Under the pieces are notes generated by a model. That model was not told the origin of the DNA. It was given only the letters and a program-made list of their open reading frames with translations, and did no database searches. From an archaeon (GTDB taxonomy: Archaea; Undinarchaeota; CAZHTU01; JBDRCC01): DNA of 64,000 bases. The DNA is taken from positions 64,001 through 128,000 of the forward strand of contig JBDRCC010000020.1 of assembly GCA_043822065.1 (NCBI GenBank). Direction: 5' to 3'. Below, one piece after another: positions 36,046 to 46,784 of the stretch. Numbering within the stretch: the first letter of the stretch is position 1; every line of letters begins with the position of its first letter. The translations under genes and the position numbers were made by a program.

Positions 36046-37289
36046 GCGAAGAACTCTGCTATTTTTTTCAGCTCGACCTTTTTCTCATCGCCAGTCTCCA
36101 TGTTCCTGACCGTCACTTTCTTTTCCTCAAGGTCGCGCTTTCCGACTATTATGCAGTATGAAACCGAATTCGAGTTTGCCCACTCAAGGTTTTTAGAAAG
36201 CTTCCTGCCTGCGATGTCATACGACGCGCTAAGCCCCGTTTCCCTAAGTGCTGATGCTATCCCTATCGCCTCGCCAAGGACGTCCGGCCCTACCGGCACT
36301 ACGAAAATGCTTTTCTCGCCTTTGAAGTCTGGAACCTTTTTCTGGCTTTCAAGCGCCATGAGCGCCCTTTCTATCCCGCCGGCGCACCCAGTCGCTGGCA
36401 TGTCCTTTCCGGAGAAAATCTTGACTAGAGAGTCGTACCTTCCGCCGCCGAAGAGCGCGCCAAGGTTCGGGTTACCATTCTCATAAGCCTCAAACACAAC
36501 CCCAGTGTAGTACCCTATCCCCCTGACCACTGTCAGGTCAAGCTCAGCCTTCTTGCCAAGCTTTCCAAGGTATTCGAAAACCTTTTCGAGGCTTTCAACG
36601 CCTTTTACTTTTTCTTTCTTCAGCCCAGCAAGGTTCTTCGCCCTAAGCTTTTCCAGGACGGAGTCTGCAGTCTTCTTGTCTACGCCATACTTCCCGAACT
36701 CCCTGTACAGCTCCTCCTTTGATACCTTCTTTATCTTGTCTATCGTCCTGAGCGCCCCGTCAATCTGCTTCACGCCTGCCTTCTGGAGGATGTCCTCCGC
36801 AATCTCCCTGTTTCCGACAAGAACCTCGCAGCCCTTCAGCCCGAGCTCGTCCAGGATGTCAATCGAGAGGGCTATGACCTCGGCATCGGCCTCAGCGCCG
36901 TCTACTCCGAAGACTTCTACGTTCCACTGGTAGAACCACCGCTTCCGCCCGTATCCCGGGCGGTCGTACCTCCACATTGAGGAGATGCAGGCGAGCTTTA
37001 CAGGCTTCTGCCAGTTCGGGTTTGCCGCGACCATCCTCGAGCACCCGACCGTCAGGTCGAACCTCAGCCCGAGCTCCCTGCCTGACTTGTCCTTGAAGTC
37101 ATAAATCTCATTCCTTATCTCTTCCCCGGACTTTGCCGAAAGGGTTTCGAACTCCTCAACAAAGCTCGGCTCGACCAGCCTGAAGCCGTACCTCTTGAAG
37201 ACCGACTTTATCCTGGAGTAAACCCACTCCCTCGTGAGCATCTCTTCCGGTCCAATGTCTGCCATGCCTCGCGGCGGCTGGAATCCCAT
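36042..37289 (-). CDS. hisS: Histidine--tRNA ligase
   Basis: PRGMAD, LRFDLT, WRYDRP..R.FYQ, RGIGYYTG, GGGRYD. Confidence 0.96.
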   Translation of the reverse strand: MGFQPPRGMADIGPEEMLTREWVYSRIKSVFKRYGFRLVEPSFVEEFETLSAKSGEEIRNEIYDFKDKSGRELGLRFDLTVGCSRMVAANPNWQKPVKLACISSMWRYDRPGYGRKRWFYQWNVEVFGVDGAEADAEVIALSIDILDELGLKGCEVLVGNREIAEDILQKAGVKQIDGALRTIDKIKKVSKEELYREFGKYGVDKKTADSVLEKLRAKNLAGLKKEKVKGVESLEKVFEYLGKLGKKAELDLTVVRGIGYYTGVVFEAYENGNPNLGALFGGGRYDSLVKIFSGKDMPATGCAGGIERALMALESQKKVPDFKGEKSIFVVPVGPDVLGEAIGIASALRETGLSASYDIAGRKLSKNLEWANSNSVSYCIIVGKRDLEEKKVTVRNMETGDEKKVELKKIAEFFA

Positions 37290-37342
37290 GCCCACTATAA
37301 TGAAATAATAAGTTTTTAATACTTAGGTTCCTTAGTGTTTTC

Positions 37343-38110
37343 ATGCTATCTATACGGAAGGCAGTTTCGCAGGGTGTCGAGGTGATAAGCTCGAACACAA
37401 TAATAATTTTCCCGATACTGCTTTACTCAATATTCGTCTCTCTCGTCGTGGCATTTAGCTTCATGCCCATCCTGGGGACGAGCCAGGTTGACCTCATGGC
37501 AATAGACCTTTCCCTTCTTGCCCGAAACACCGACGCCCTCTTCGGCGCCTTAATCATCGACGCGCTTTTCCTCCTCATCCTCGGAGCCTTCTTCAACTCG
37601 ATAACCCTCTCAATGATAAAGGAGGGCTGGAAGCGGGGCATAACCGGCTTCGCGCTTTCCTTTGGCTCAACATATTTCGCCCCAATCCTGGGGGTAACAC
37701 TCGCCAAGGGGCTGATAACCGGATGCCTCCTTTCCCTTGCAGCACTCCCCTTATTCATCGGCCCTTCCGTGCCGGCGGTTATAATTTCCGCCACGTCCGT
37801 TTTCCTTCTTGTAATCGTCCTGTTGGGGCTCTTTTGGGTCAAAGAGAGCGTGGTTGCCGAGAACAAGGGCGTCGCTGCCGCCTTGCGGAACTCCTGGAAC
37901 TTTACGCGGCTCAACCTCTATGGCACAATCATGATAATAGCTGCCGTCGCAGCCCTTGAAATGATGGCATTTGCTTCCCGCCAGAGCGTGCCCCAGGCAG
38001 CCACCCCAATCACTCCATTAATCGGGGTAATAGCACTTTTCCTTGAGCTTTTCCTGTCTGCCACGGCCAAGTCAGTCAAGCTCGCCGCATACCTAGAAAC
38101 ACACAAATAG
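37343..38110 (+). CDS. Multi-pass membrane protein, hypothetical
   Basis: About 6 TM helices; ENKGVAAALRNSW motif. Confidence 0.7.
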   Translation: MLSIRKAVSQGVEVISSNTIIIFPILLYSIFVSLVVAFSFMPILGTSQVDLMAIDLSLLARNTDALFGALIIDALFLLILGAFFNSITLSMIKEGWKRGITGFALSFGSTYFAPILGVTLAKGLITGCLLSLAALPLFIGPSVPAVIISATSVFLLVIVLLGLFWVKESVVAENKGVAAALRNSWNFTRLNLYGTIMIIAAVAALEMMAFASRQSVPQAATPITPLIGVIALFLELFLSATAKSVKLAAYLETHK

Positions 38111-38194
38111 AAAAATTATAAAAGGCAGTTTTCCTTAAAGTTGGAACTTCAAGGGACGCATTCTGTTCCTTACAGTTATAAAGGATAAACAAAA

Positions 38195-40000
38195 ATGGCC
38201 AAATCTAAAACTTCGAAAAAGAAAACTGGCAAGGTCATGACCCTTGCCAAAGAAAAGGGAATGAAACATAGCTACTATGTTGTCGAGAAGCACCTCGAGA
38301 ATTTCCCTGCGAAACCAAATATGCCTAGCTACGAGAAAGCCAGGAAGACCTTCAAGTGGAAAGACCTCAAGAAGGAAATTGACTGGTTTGACGGCGGCAA
38401 GCTGAACGTCGCGTACAATGCTATCGACAGGCACACAACGACCTGGAGAAAGAACAAGGTAGCGCTCTATTGGGTCGGCGACGACGACAGGCTCGAGAAA
38501 TACACTTTCCTCGAGATGTCAAAGCTTACCAACAAATTCGCCAATGTCCTGAAAAAGCTTGGCGTGAAGAAGGGAGACCGTGTCTTCATATTCATGCAGA
38601 GGACGCCGGAGATATACGTCGCATTCCTCGGAGCCCTCAAGATAGGGGCTATCGCGGGAACACTGTTCCCTGCGTTCGGAAGCGACGCACTCAAGGACAG
38701 GCTCGGGGACTGCGGTGCAAGCGTGCTTGTAACCGACTCTGTGCTTGCAAAGCGGGTATACCCGGTAAAGAGCGAACTTCCAAACCTCAAGAACATAGTC
38801 CTTGTGGACAAGGAGACAGAGCTCAACCCGGGCGAGTGCAGCTACAAGGCGCTCATGAAAGAGGCGTCCGACAAATTTGATGTCGTAGAGATGGACCCGG
38901 AGGACTACATGTACATGCTCTACACTTCCGGCACGACCGGCAAGTCGAAGGGCGTAGTCCATGCCTCTGCTGGGGTCATCCAGCAGATGATTACCTCCCG
39001 GTGGGTTCTTGACCTCCAGGAAGACGACGTCTACTGGTGCACCGCAGACCCAGGCTGGGTCACGGGCATTGTCTACGGCATTATCGGGCCGTGGGTCAAT
39101 GGCGTGTCTTCTGTCGTCCATGGTGGAAGGTTCAGCCCCGACGTCTGGTACAAGATAATCCAGGACTTCAAGGTGACCGTCTGGTATTCCGCACCGACAG
39201 CGGTAAGGATGCTGATGTCCGCAGGCGCTGACGTCGTCAAGAAGTACGACATGTCAAGCCTGAGATACCTCAACAGCGTCGGCGAGCCGCTGAACCCAGA
39301 GGCAATCAAGTGGAGCTATGACGTCTTCGGCCTTGTTTTCCACGACAACTGGTGGCAGACCGAAACCGGCTCAATCCTGATTGCGAACTACCCGTCAATG
39401 AAGATAAAGCTCGGCTCCATGGGCAGGCCATTCCCAGGAATCGAGGCTGCAATCATTGACGACAGCGGGAAGAGGCTCAAGGCCGGCGAAGAGGGCCACC
39501 TTGCAATAAAGCCGGGCTGGCCCGCAATGATGCGGACCATCTGGAAGAACCAGCCGAAGTACGACTCGTGCTTCAAGAACGGCTGGTACTACTCCGGTGA
39601 CAAGGCCTGGATGGACAAGGAAGGCTACTTCTGGTTCATCGGCAGGGCTGACGACGTCATAAAGACGTCGGGCGAAAGGGTAGGCCCTTTCGAGGTCGAG
39701 TCCGCCCTTGTCTCCCACCCGGCGGTTGCCGAGGCAGGAGTCATAGGCAAGCCAGACCCGCTCAGGGGAGAGATAATAAAGGCTTTCATCACCCTGAGGA
39801 AGGGCTACACCTGGTCGGATGCTCTCAAGGACGAGATAGTAAAGCACACCAAGAAGCACCTGGCAGGCCACGCCTACCCGCGGGAAATTGAGGTCGTGGA
39901 CAAGCTCCCGAAGACAAGGTCCGGCAAAATCATGCGCCGCGTCCTTAAGGCGAAGGAGCTCGGCCTCCCGATAGGCGACACCGCAACCCTCGAAGATTAG
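38195..40000 (+). CDS. acs: Acetate--CoA ligase (AMP-forming)
   Basis: YTSGTTGKSKG, CTADPGWVTG, VGEPLNPE, WWQTETG, GRADD, PKTRSGKIMRR. Confidence 0.95.
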   Translation: MAKSKTSKKKTGKVMTLAKEKGMKHSYYVVEKHLENFPAKPNMPSYEKARKTFKWKDLKKEIDWFDGGKLNVAYNAIDRHTTTWRKNKVALYWVGDDDRLEKYTFLEMSKLTNKFANVLKKLGVKKGDRVFIFMQRTPEIYVAFLGALKIGAIAGTLFPAFGSDALKDRLGDCGASVLVTDSVLAKRVYPVKSELPNLKNIVLVDKETELNPGECSYKALMKEASDKFDVVEMDPEDYMYMLYTSGTTGKSKGVVHASAGVIQQMITSRWVLDLQEDDVYWCTADPGWVTGIVYGIIGPWVNGVSSVVHGGRFSPDVWYKIIQDFKVTVWYSAPTAVRMLMSAGADVVKKYDMSSLRYLNSVGEPLNPEAIKWSYDVFGLVFHDNWWQTETGSILIANYPSMKIKLGSMGRPFPGIEAAIIDDSGKRLKAGEEGHLAIKPGWPAMMRTIWKNQPKYDSCFKNGWYYSGDKAWMDKEGYFWFIGRADDVIKTSGERVGPFEVESALVSHPAVAEAGVIGKPDPLRGEIIKAFITLRKGYTWSDALKDEIVKHTKKHLAGHAYPREIEVVDKLPKTRSGKIMRRVLKAKELGLPIGDTATLED

Positions 40001-40009
40001 AGATTCATC

Positions 40010-40044
40010 AGGGAGGGGCAGTCCCCTCCCCTTTCTATTTTTTT
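40010..40044 (+). terminator. Hairpin plus T-tract terminator
   Basis: AGGGAGGGG-CAGT-CCCCTCCCT followed by TTTCTATTTTTTT. Confidence 0.72.
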
Positions 40045-40062
40045 AGCAGCCCAGCACCAGCT

Positions 40063-40527
40063 TCAGTAGAAAATCGACAGCCCTGCGAAAAGTATTATGG
40101 CGAACAGGATTTTCTCCGTCAGCGAGCCGGTCCTTATCGGCCCGGAAATCTTTTTGTTCCAGAATGGGTAGAAAAGTGCGACGCCCTCTTTGGTCATGGC
40201 ATCAAGGGCAAGGTGGCTCATGTACCCTGCGAAAAACGGCAGGAAAATCCTTTCCGCAAACGCCAGCGAGAGCATCCCTACAATAACCATCGCAACAGCA
40301 AATCCGCTGAACGAGTGTATCCATCCCCTGTGCCCCGCAAGCCAGCTTATTATGTCGGAAAGCGGCCTTACCTTCCGCCCCAGCTTAGACTTCGGGGTGT
40401 CAATGTCCGGCAGGAGCGCGCCCAGCGCGAGGAATATGACAAAGAGGAGCCCCGGCTCAAAATAGCCCTTCTGCGCCCCGTAGACTCCTACCACGATTGC
40501 AAAAAGTATGTGGGTTTCCCAAAGCAT
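40063..40527 (-). CDS. Membrane metal-dependent hydrolase (YdjM-like)
   Basis: TH, GALLPDID, HRGWIHS, SHLALDAMT..GV. Confidence 0.88.
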   Translation of the reverse strand: MLWETHILFAIVVGVYGAQKGYFEPGLLFVIFLALGALLPDIDTPKSKLGRKVRPLSDIISWLAGHRGWIHSFSGFAVAMVIVGMLSLAFAERIFLPFFAGYMSHLALDAMTKEGVALFYPFWNKKISGPIRTGSLTEKILFAIILFAGLSIFY

Positions 40528-40552
40528 GCCTTCACTATAAAAGAAGTCTTAT

Positions 40553-41035
40553 TTAATCTTTCTTGAGCCTTGCAATGTCTCCGAGCGTTAGCGGCTGGTC
40601 GGACGGCTTTTTCTGCCCGATGACGTCCTTTATCTGCTGCCGCAGGCTTACCCTGAAAAGCCTTTCTATTTTCCTTACAGTCTCGTCATTGGGCCGTATT
40701 GCCTCGTGCTCCATGCTCTTGACAACAGACTCTTTCTCATTTAGCTTCAATCCCAGCTCCTTCAGGGACCAGCCATTCTTCTCGCGCTCGTGCCTTATCA
40801 TCTCGCCATACCCTGAAATCAGGTAATCCTCTGCATCTATCTCGCCCGGGTCAAGCCTGGCTTCAAGCCTTGATTTGTGCACTATCCTGCCGTCGTCAGC
40901 CGGCACAGGCCTTGGCTGCGCCACCTGCCCGACAACACTCCCGAATTTCGAGCAAGCCTTGCAGACCTTCAGCTTGGTGCCTGAAACCTCGGCAATTACC
41001 AGCTCCCCAGCCCTGCCGCAAATTTCGCAGTCCAT
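40553..41035 (-). CDS. Multiprotein bridging factor aMBF1
   Basis: CEICG..VCKAC Zn ribbon plus HTH, TLGD C-terminus. Confidence 0.9.
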   Translation of the reverse strand: MDCEICGRAGELVIAEVSGTKLKVCKACSKFGSVVGQVAQPRPVPADDGRIVHKSRLEARLDPGEIDAEDYLISGYGEMIRHEREKNGWSLKELGLKLNEKESVVKSMEHEAIRPNDETVRKIERLFRVSLRQQIKDVIGQKKPSDQPLTLGDIARLKKD

Positions 41036-41086
41036 CGCCTATCTTATCTCCATAAAAGATTTAACTGTGCCGGTCATAGGAACTGC

Positions 41087-42001
41087 ATGGTTTCCAAAGC
41101 ATCGGCTCCTGGCAAGCTGATACTCTTCGGCGAGCACGCAGTCGTCTACGGCGTTCCGTCAATCGTCTGCGCCATAGGCAAGCGGATATTCGCGACGGTG
41201 GAGCCAGCCAAAAAAAGCTCCCTCGAGTTCGACTCAATCAGCATCAGCTCCCCGCTTGACGGAGAGCTTGAGCTGCTCAAGTTCTTCAAGCGCGGGGTAG
41301 GCCTCATAGGCAAAGAGGCGAAAATAAGGATTGACTCCCAGATCCCAATTGGCGCGGGCCTTGGCTCGTCCGCGGCTATGGCATGCTCCTTCCTGAAAGC
41401 CGCCTCTGCAGAGTTCGGCTTGAACCTTGGCACCGCGCAGATAGCTGAATACGCCCTGGAGATGGAAAAAATCGTCCATGGGACCCCATCCGGCGTCGAC
41501 CCGGCAGTTTCTGCCAATGGGGGGTTCATCGAATTCCAGAAGGGGGTTATAACTCCGCTGAAGCCCACTAACCTGCCTTTAATCATCGGCTACACCGGCA
41601 AGGAGCGCAGCACAAAGCAGACAGTCTCCCACGTCGCCGAGCTCCATAGGGAAAAGCCGGAGATGACTGGCAAAATCTTCTCACAGATACACGAAATTGT
41701 CCGCAAGGCAAAGGCTGAAATACAGCAAGCCAGCCCAGACCTTGGCAAGATTGGAAAGCTCATGACAAGAAACCACGAGCTCCTCCAAAAGCTTGAAGTC
41801 AGCTCTGCCGAGCTTGATAAGCTAGTCGGGGCGGCGCTCGAAGCCGGCGCCCACGGCGCAAAGCTTACTGGTGCCGGAGGCGGGGGCTGCATGGTCGCCC
41901 TTGGCGGCCCGGAAGTTTCCGAAGCAATTAAAAATTCAGGGGGCATAGTAATAGAGTCGGGAATCTCAAAGGAGGGAGTCAGAGATGAGAGACTTTCTTA
42001 A
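41087..42001 (+). CDS. mvk: Mevalonate kinase
   Basis: APGKLILFGEHAVVYG, PIGAGLGSSAA, PSGVD, KLTGAGGGG. Confidence 0.95.
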   Translation: MVSKASAPGKLILFGEHAVVYGVPSIVCAIGKRIFATVEPAKKSSLEFDSISISSPLDGELELLKFFKRGVGLIGKEAKIRIDSQIPIGAGLGSSAAMACSFLKAASAEFGLNLGTAQIAEYALEMEKIVHGTPSGVDPAVSANGGFIEFQKGVITPLKPTNLPLIIGYTGKERSTKQTVSHVAELHREKPEMTGKIFSQIHEIVRKAKAEIQQASPDLGKIGKLMTRNHELLQKLEVSSAELDKLVGAALEAGAHGAKLTGAGGGGCMVALGGPEVSEAIKNSGGIVIESGISKEGVRDERLS

Positions 42002-43208
42002 CCTGCTCAGGGAAAGCAAGCTCCTGCGCGAAGAGGAGGCTACGCTTAAGTCTGTCCCCGAAATCCTCAAGAAAAACCCAGAGGACGCGTTCCTTTTCGA
42101 CGTCGGCAAGGAATTCAAAGTCGTGTCTGGCATCCTTGCGACCCGCCACAAGTTTGCACTCGGGCTCGGGGTGAAGGAATCCAGGCTTTTGGACGAAATC
42201 TCAAAGTCCTATGCTTCGAAGGGAAAAATATCAAAAGCCAAAACCGCACCGTTCTTTGAGAACTCCGCAAGGGACCTGAAAAAAATACCCATCCCAATCC
42301 AGTACAAGGGGATGCCTAAGTACTTCACATCATCAATCGTCGCCGCAAAGGACCCGGAATACGGGCTTAACCTCTCCTACCACAGGATGCAGATAAAGGA
42401 CGGAAAAACCCTCCATGCCCGCGTCGTCAGACGGCACCTCTTCGAGTTCATCCAGCGCAACGGCGAGATGGACATAGCAATAATACTCGGCGCAGACCCG
42501 TCGATACTCCTCTCTGCCGCGGCGACGGTCGAAATCGGAAAGAGCGAGTATGAAATCGCCTCCTACTTCAAAGACCTCAAGCTCGTCGAGCTTGACAACG
42601 GTATCCCTGTCCCGCAGAACGCCGAGATTGTGATTGAGGCAAGGATAACCAAAGAGCGCGCCTACGAAGGCCCGTTCGTCGACCTGACCGGAACCTGGGA
42701 CATAATCCGAAAGGAGCCGGTAATCAAGGTCAAGAAGGTGCACTACCGGAACGACCCGATATTTTACACTATAATGACCGGGCTGAGGGAGCACGCCCTC
42801 CTGATGGGTATGCCCAGGGAGCCGGCGATATACAACGCGGTAAACAAGGTGTCAAAGTGCATAGGCGTCGTTCTGCCTGTTCCTGGGTGCTCCTGGCTGC
42901 ACGGCGTAGTCTCAATCGACAAGAAATCAGACGACGAGATCCCGAAAGTTGTGGAAGCCGCGTTCGGCGCCCACTCGAGCATGAAGCACCTGTTCATTGT
43001 CGACTCTGACATCGATGTCAAAAACGCAGCCCAGGTCGAATGGGCGCTTGCCACAAGGTTCCAGGCGGACAAGCACCTGACCGTTTTCCCGCGGCAGTAC
43101 GGCTCCTCGCTAGACCCCTCGATTAAAGAAGGGCTGACCGCAAAGGCGGCATTCGACTGCACGATACCGGTAAAAAAAGACAGGTCCAAATTCAAGCGGC
43201 AGATATGA
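41985..43208 (+). CDS. UbiD-family decarboxylase, probable anhydromevalonate phosphate decarboxylase
   Basis: NLSYHRM, EGPFVDLTGTWD, EHALLMG, VEWALATRFQAD, SSLDPS; mevalonate operon context. Confidence 0.88.
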   Translation: MRDFLNLLRESKLLREEEATLKSVPEILKKNPEDAFLFDVGKEFKVVSGILATRHKFALGLGVKESRLLDEISKSYASKGKISKAKTAPFFENSARDLKKIPIPIQYKGMPKYFTSSIVAAKDPEYGLNLSYHRMQIKDGKTLHARVVRRHLFEFIQRNGEMDIAIILGADPSILLSAAATVEIGKSEYEIASYFKDLKLVELDNGIPVPQNAEIVIEARITKERAYEGPFVDLTGTWDIIRKEPVIKVKKVHYRNDPIFYTIMTGLREHALLMGMPREPAIYNAVNKVSKCIGVVLPVPGCSWLHGVVSIDKKSDDEIPKVVEAAFGAHSSMKHLFIVDSDIDVKNAAQVEWALATRFQADKHLTVFPRQYGSSLDPSIKEGLTAKAAFDCTIPVKKDRSKFKRQI

Positions 43209-43861
43209 GATTCGCAATTTTCGACCTTGACGGCACATTAGTTGACACTCTGAAGCCACATGTCGACTCCTTCATAGCGATAGCCGAAAAGTACGGGGTC
43301 GAAACCAACCGCCGGGAGATTGAGGACCTCTTCGGGGTCAGGGCAAAGGAGATATACCAGCTCCTTATCGCCCGCCAGAAGCTTGACCTCGATGCAGGAA
43401 AGCTTGCGGAGGAAAAATACGCCTACATGCAGGCGCACCTCAAGCCGTTTGAGCTTCTGCCCGGCGTGAAGGCGCTGCTTGAGCACATGCAGTCAAGAAA
43501 AATCAAGATGGCGGTGGCGACCGGGACGAGCAAGCCAGTCCTTGTGAAAAATGTATTGGGCATGGCAGGCATCCTGCAGTATTTCGACAAAATAATCACT
43601 GCCGAAGAGGTTTCATTCACAAAGCCTGACCCGGAGATATACCTCAAGGCAATCTCCGCCCTCGACCCGGAACAAAAATACCCAAAATCCGAATTCCTCG
43701 CTTTTGAGGACTCAACCTACGGCGTCCAGGCAGCTCACGGCGCCGGCTTGCGCTGCGTCGCGGTTGCAACTGGCAGGGCAAAAAAAGTGGACCTGACAAA
43801 GGAAAAGCCATACCTTCTTCTCGACACATTAGAGGATGCCGCCCTAAAGCAAATACTATAG
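43205..43861 (+). CDS. HAD-superfamily phosphatase
   Basis: FDLDGTLVD, VATGT, KPDPEIY, FEDSTYG. Confidence 0.9.
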   Translation: MRFAIFDLDGTLVDTLKPHVDSFIAIAEKYGVETNRREIEDLFGVRAKEIYQLLIARQKLDLDAGKLAEEKYAYMQAHLKPFELLPGVKALLEHMQSRKIKMAVATGTSKPVLVKNVLGMAGILQYFDKIITAEEVSFTKPDPEIYLKAISALDPEQKYPKSEFLAFEDSTYGVQAAHGAGLRCVAVATGRAKKVDLTKEKPYLLLDTLEDAALKQIL

Positions 43862-43905
43862 CCTCAAGGATAGCTTTTTAACTGCCTCACCTTATTCCTT
43901 TATAG

Positions 43906-45060
43906 ATGCACATTACAAAATCCGAGGAGAAAATACTCAGCGGCGAGGAAGGCCCTGTTAAGCAGAAGGCATTGGAGCTCCTTGTCGGCCTTGGAAAGAT
44001 ATTCGGCGCAGAGAGGCTCATCCCTGTCAAGTCCGTCCAGGTTGCCGGGGTCTCTTACCAGAACATTGGCGATGCCGGGCTGGACTTCCTGAACGACTGG
44101 GCTGCAGAGGCAAAGGTCGTCGTCCCAACAACCCTTAACCCCGCAGGCATGGACCTCGAGAACTGGGAGCCGTTTGTCGGTCACGAATTCGCTGAAAAGC
44201 AGCTTGAAATCATAGACGCCTACCGCAGGATGGGGATTCAGATAACCTGCACCTGCACGCCGTACTACGTCGGCAACGTCCCGAACGCCGGCGACCACAT
44301 CGCCTGGTCGGAGTCGTCAGCCGTCGTTTATGCAAACTCAGTGCTTGGCGCATACACAAACCGCGAAGGCGGTCCGTCCGCCCTTGCGGCGGCAATCATC
44401 GGAAAAACCGCATGCTATGGCTACCACATTGACGAAAACCGCGTCCCTGTGGTCCAGGTAACCGTCCCGGAAACGATGTTCGACTACTCAGACTACTCTG
44501 CCGCAGGCTACTGGATAGGGAAAAATACAGACGGCGTGCCAATCGTAGACTTTGGCCAGGCGCCAAAGAACGAATACCTCCGCGGGTTTTCCGCAGGCCT
44601 CGCTGCAAGCGGGGACAAGGCCATGTTCCACCTTGGCAGGCGCGAAGGCCTGCCCGAAGTCGTCATGCACGAGGAAGACCTGATTGGCGTCTATGCCAGC
44701 TTCACCTCGGAGTCCGAATTTGATGCGGTCTACCTTGGCTGCCCCCACCTGTCCTTCCAGGAGGTTGGCAGGGTGGCAAGGACTGTCTCGAACAAGAAGC
44801 TCAGGTATCCACTCCTTCTCTTCTGCTCGCGGGAAATCTACCGCCAGGCATTTTACAAGGGCTACCTCGACATCCTAAAGCGCGCCGGCGCATACCTCAT
44901 CGCTGACACCTGCATGGTCGTTTCACCCCTAAAATACAAGTCCGTACTCACAAACTCTGCCAAGGCTGCGCACTACCTCAAGAGCTTCGGCGTCAAGGTC
45001 GAGCTGGCTTACACAGACGACTGCATAAAATACGCCCTCGGAGGAAAGTATGAAGGCTGA
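43906..45060 (+). CDS. Aconitase X large subunit (phosphomevalonate dehydratase large subunit)
   Basis: GVSYQNIGDAG, TCTCTPY, SESSAVVYANSVLGA.TNREGG, GCPH, DTCMVVSP. Confidence 0.9.
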   Translation: MHITKSEEKILSGEEGPVKQKALELLVGLGKIFGAERLIPVKSVQVAGVSYQNIGDAGLDFLNDWAAEAKVVVPTTLNPAGMDLENWEPFVGHEFAEKQLEIIDAYRRMGIQITCTCTPYYVGNVPNAGDHIAWSESSAVVYANSVLGAYTNREGGPSALAAAIIGKTACYGYHIDENRVPVVQVTVPETMFDYSDYSAAGYWIGKNTDGVPIVDFGQAPKNEYLRGFSAGLAASGDKAMFHLGRREGLPEVVMHEEDLIGVYASFTSESEFDAVYLGCPHLSFQEVGRVARTVSNKKLRYPLLLFCSREIYRQAFYKGYLDILKRAGAYLIADTCMVVSPLKYKSVLTNSAKAAHYLKSFGVKVELAYTDDCIKYALGGKYEG

Positions 45061-45463
45061 GAAAGAGGTCAGGGGGCGCATCGTCTACCATGGCATAGCC
45101 AAGGGCAAGGCGCTTGTCTCAAAAAAGCGGCTGAGCTTTTACGGCTCAATAGACTTCAAGACCGGAAAAATCCAGGAGAAGGACTCCGACATATATGGCA
45201 AATCAATCAAGGACACAATCCTTGTCTTCCCAGGCGGCAAGGGCTCGACCGTCGGGAGCTTCGCCCTCTACAGGCTCCACAAGTCCGGGCTTGGCCCGAA
45301 GGCGATAATAAACTCCGAAACCGAGCCGATAATTGCGGCAGGCGCAATCCTCTCCGGAATCCCGCTAATCGACAAGCTCGAGAAAGACCCTGCCAAGTTT
45401 ATAAAAACCGGGGACATTGTCTTAGTAGACTGCAATAACGGGGTTGTTTCAGTAGAAAAATGA
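45050..45463 (+). CDS. Aconitase X small subunit (DUF126; phosphomevalonate dehydratase small subunit)
   Basis: [30 protein letters not shown]. Confidence 0.9.
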   Translation: MKAEKEVRGRIVYHGIAKGKALVSKKRLSFYGSIDFKTGKIQEKDSDIYGKSIKDTILVFPGGKGSTVGSFALYRLHKSGLGPKAIINSETEPIIAAGAILSGIPLIDKLEKDPAKFIKTGDIVLVDCNNGVVSVEK

Positions 45464-45981
45464 AAATTTTGGTTGGCGTCACCGGTGCTTCAGGAGCGAT
45501 ATACGCAAAGCGCCTTATAGAAGAGCTGAACGGCAGTGAGGTCATAATAAGCGAGTCCGGGAAAAAGGTCGCAGAGCTCGAGGGCGTAGAGCTTCCCGAA
45601 GGGGACTATGGCTATAAGGACATGGCCGCCCCGCCAGCTTCCGGCTCGGCAGGCTACACCCACATGGTAATCATACCTTGCTCTATGAAAACCCTTGCCT
45701 GTGTCGCGAACGGCATCTCTGACAACCTGATAACCCGTGCGGCTGACGTCATCCTGAAGCAGAGGGGAAAGCTTGTCGTCGTCCCGCGCGAGACCCCGCT
45801 AAGCCTCATCCACATCAAGAACATGGAGCGCATAACCCTCGCCGGCGGGATAGTCCTCCCCGCCATGCCTGGGTTCTACCACAAGCCTAAAACAATAGGC
45901 GACCAGGTTGATTTTGTCGTTGGAAAGGTATTAGAAACTCTCGGTATTAATCATAACCTGTACAAAAAATGGGGAAAATAA
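45460..45981 (+). CDS. ubiX: Flavin prenyltransferase
   Basis: [37 protein letters not shown]. Confidence 0.93.
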   Translation: MKILVGVTGASGAIYAKRLIEELNGSEVIISESGKKVAELEGVELPEGDYGYKDMAAPPASGSAGYTHMVIIPCSMKTLACVANGISDNLITRAADVILKQRGKLVVVPRETPLSLIHIKNMERITLAGGIVLPAMPGFYHKPKTIGDQVDFVVGKVLETLGINHNLYKKWGK

Positions 45982-46784
45982 ATAGACTCAGAAAGCCGAA
46001 GCAGAAGCGCAGCCTTACGGTCCTCAAGCTCGGCGGCAGCGTCGTCACAAAGAAGGCGAACGCATTCACGCTTTCCGACCACCTCCCTCGGTTGGCCAAG
46101 GAAATCAAGGGCTCGGGGGTGCGAAACCTGATAATCGTCCACGGCGGCGGCTCGTTCGGCCACTATCCTGCGCACAAGCACGAAATAAACAAGGGGTTCA
46201 AGCACGAGTCCCAGATTTTCGGCTTTGCAGAGACCCAGAAGGCGATGGAAGTGCTGAACAACCACGTCGTAGAAGCCCTTCAGGCGGAGGGCATACCCGC
46301 CTTTCCAATACAGCCCTCCGCAATAACCATAATGGAGAACGGTAAAATCAAGATATTGTACTCCGGAATAGTCAAGCGCGCCCTGCATATAGGGCTGGTC
46401 CCAGTCCTCTACGGCGTCCCGGCACTTGACCTGAAAATGGGCTTCTGCATACTTTCCGGCGACGAAATCGTAAACAACCTCGCAAACAACCTCAAGGCGA
46501 CGCGCGTCCTCCTTGCCTCCGACGTCACCGGTGTCATGACTGCCGACCCGAAAACTGCAAAAACCAAGCCAAAGCTCATAAAAACTGTCACAGAGAAGAA
46601 CTATAAGCGGCTCAGGCTTTCACTCCCTGGCGTCACTGACGTCACAGGGGGAATGTGGAAAAAGGTGAACGAGCTGCTGAATCTTGCAAAGTTTGGCATC
46701 CAGAGCGAGATAATCGATGCCACCCTCCCTGGAAACCTGAAGCGCGCGCTTCGCGGGGAAAAAATAGGGACTACGATAAAATGA
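45969..46784 (+). CDS. ipk: Isopentenyl phosphate kinase
   Basis: [28 protein letters not shown]. Confidence 0.92.
   Translation: MGKINRLRKPKQKRSLTVLKLGGSVVTKKANAFTLSDHLPRLAKEIKGSGVRNLIIVHGGGSFGHYPAHKHEINKGFKHESQIFGFAETQKAMEVLNNHVVEALQAEGIPAFPIQPSAITIMENGKIKILYSGIVKRALHIGLVPVLYGVPALDLKMGFCILSGDEIVNNLANNLKATRVLLASDVTGVMTADPKTAKTKPKLIKTVTEKNYKRLRLSLPGVTDVTGGMWKKVNELLNLAKFGIQSEIIDATLPGNLKRALRGEKIGTTIK

Noticed and set aside
41985-45981. UbiD/UbiX as quinone biosynthesis or aromatic degradation
   Set aside because: AcnX, mvk and ipk context indicates the archaeal mevalonate pathway
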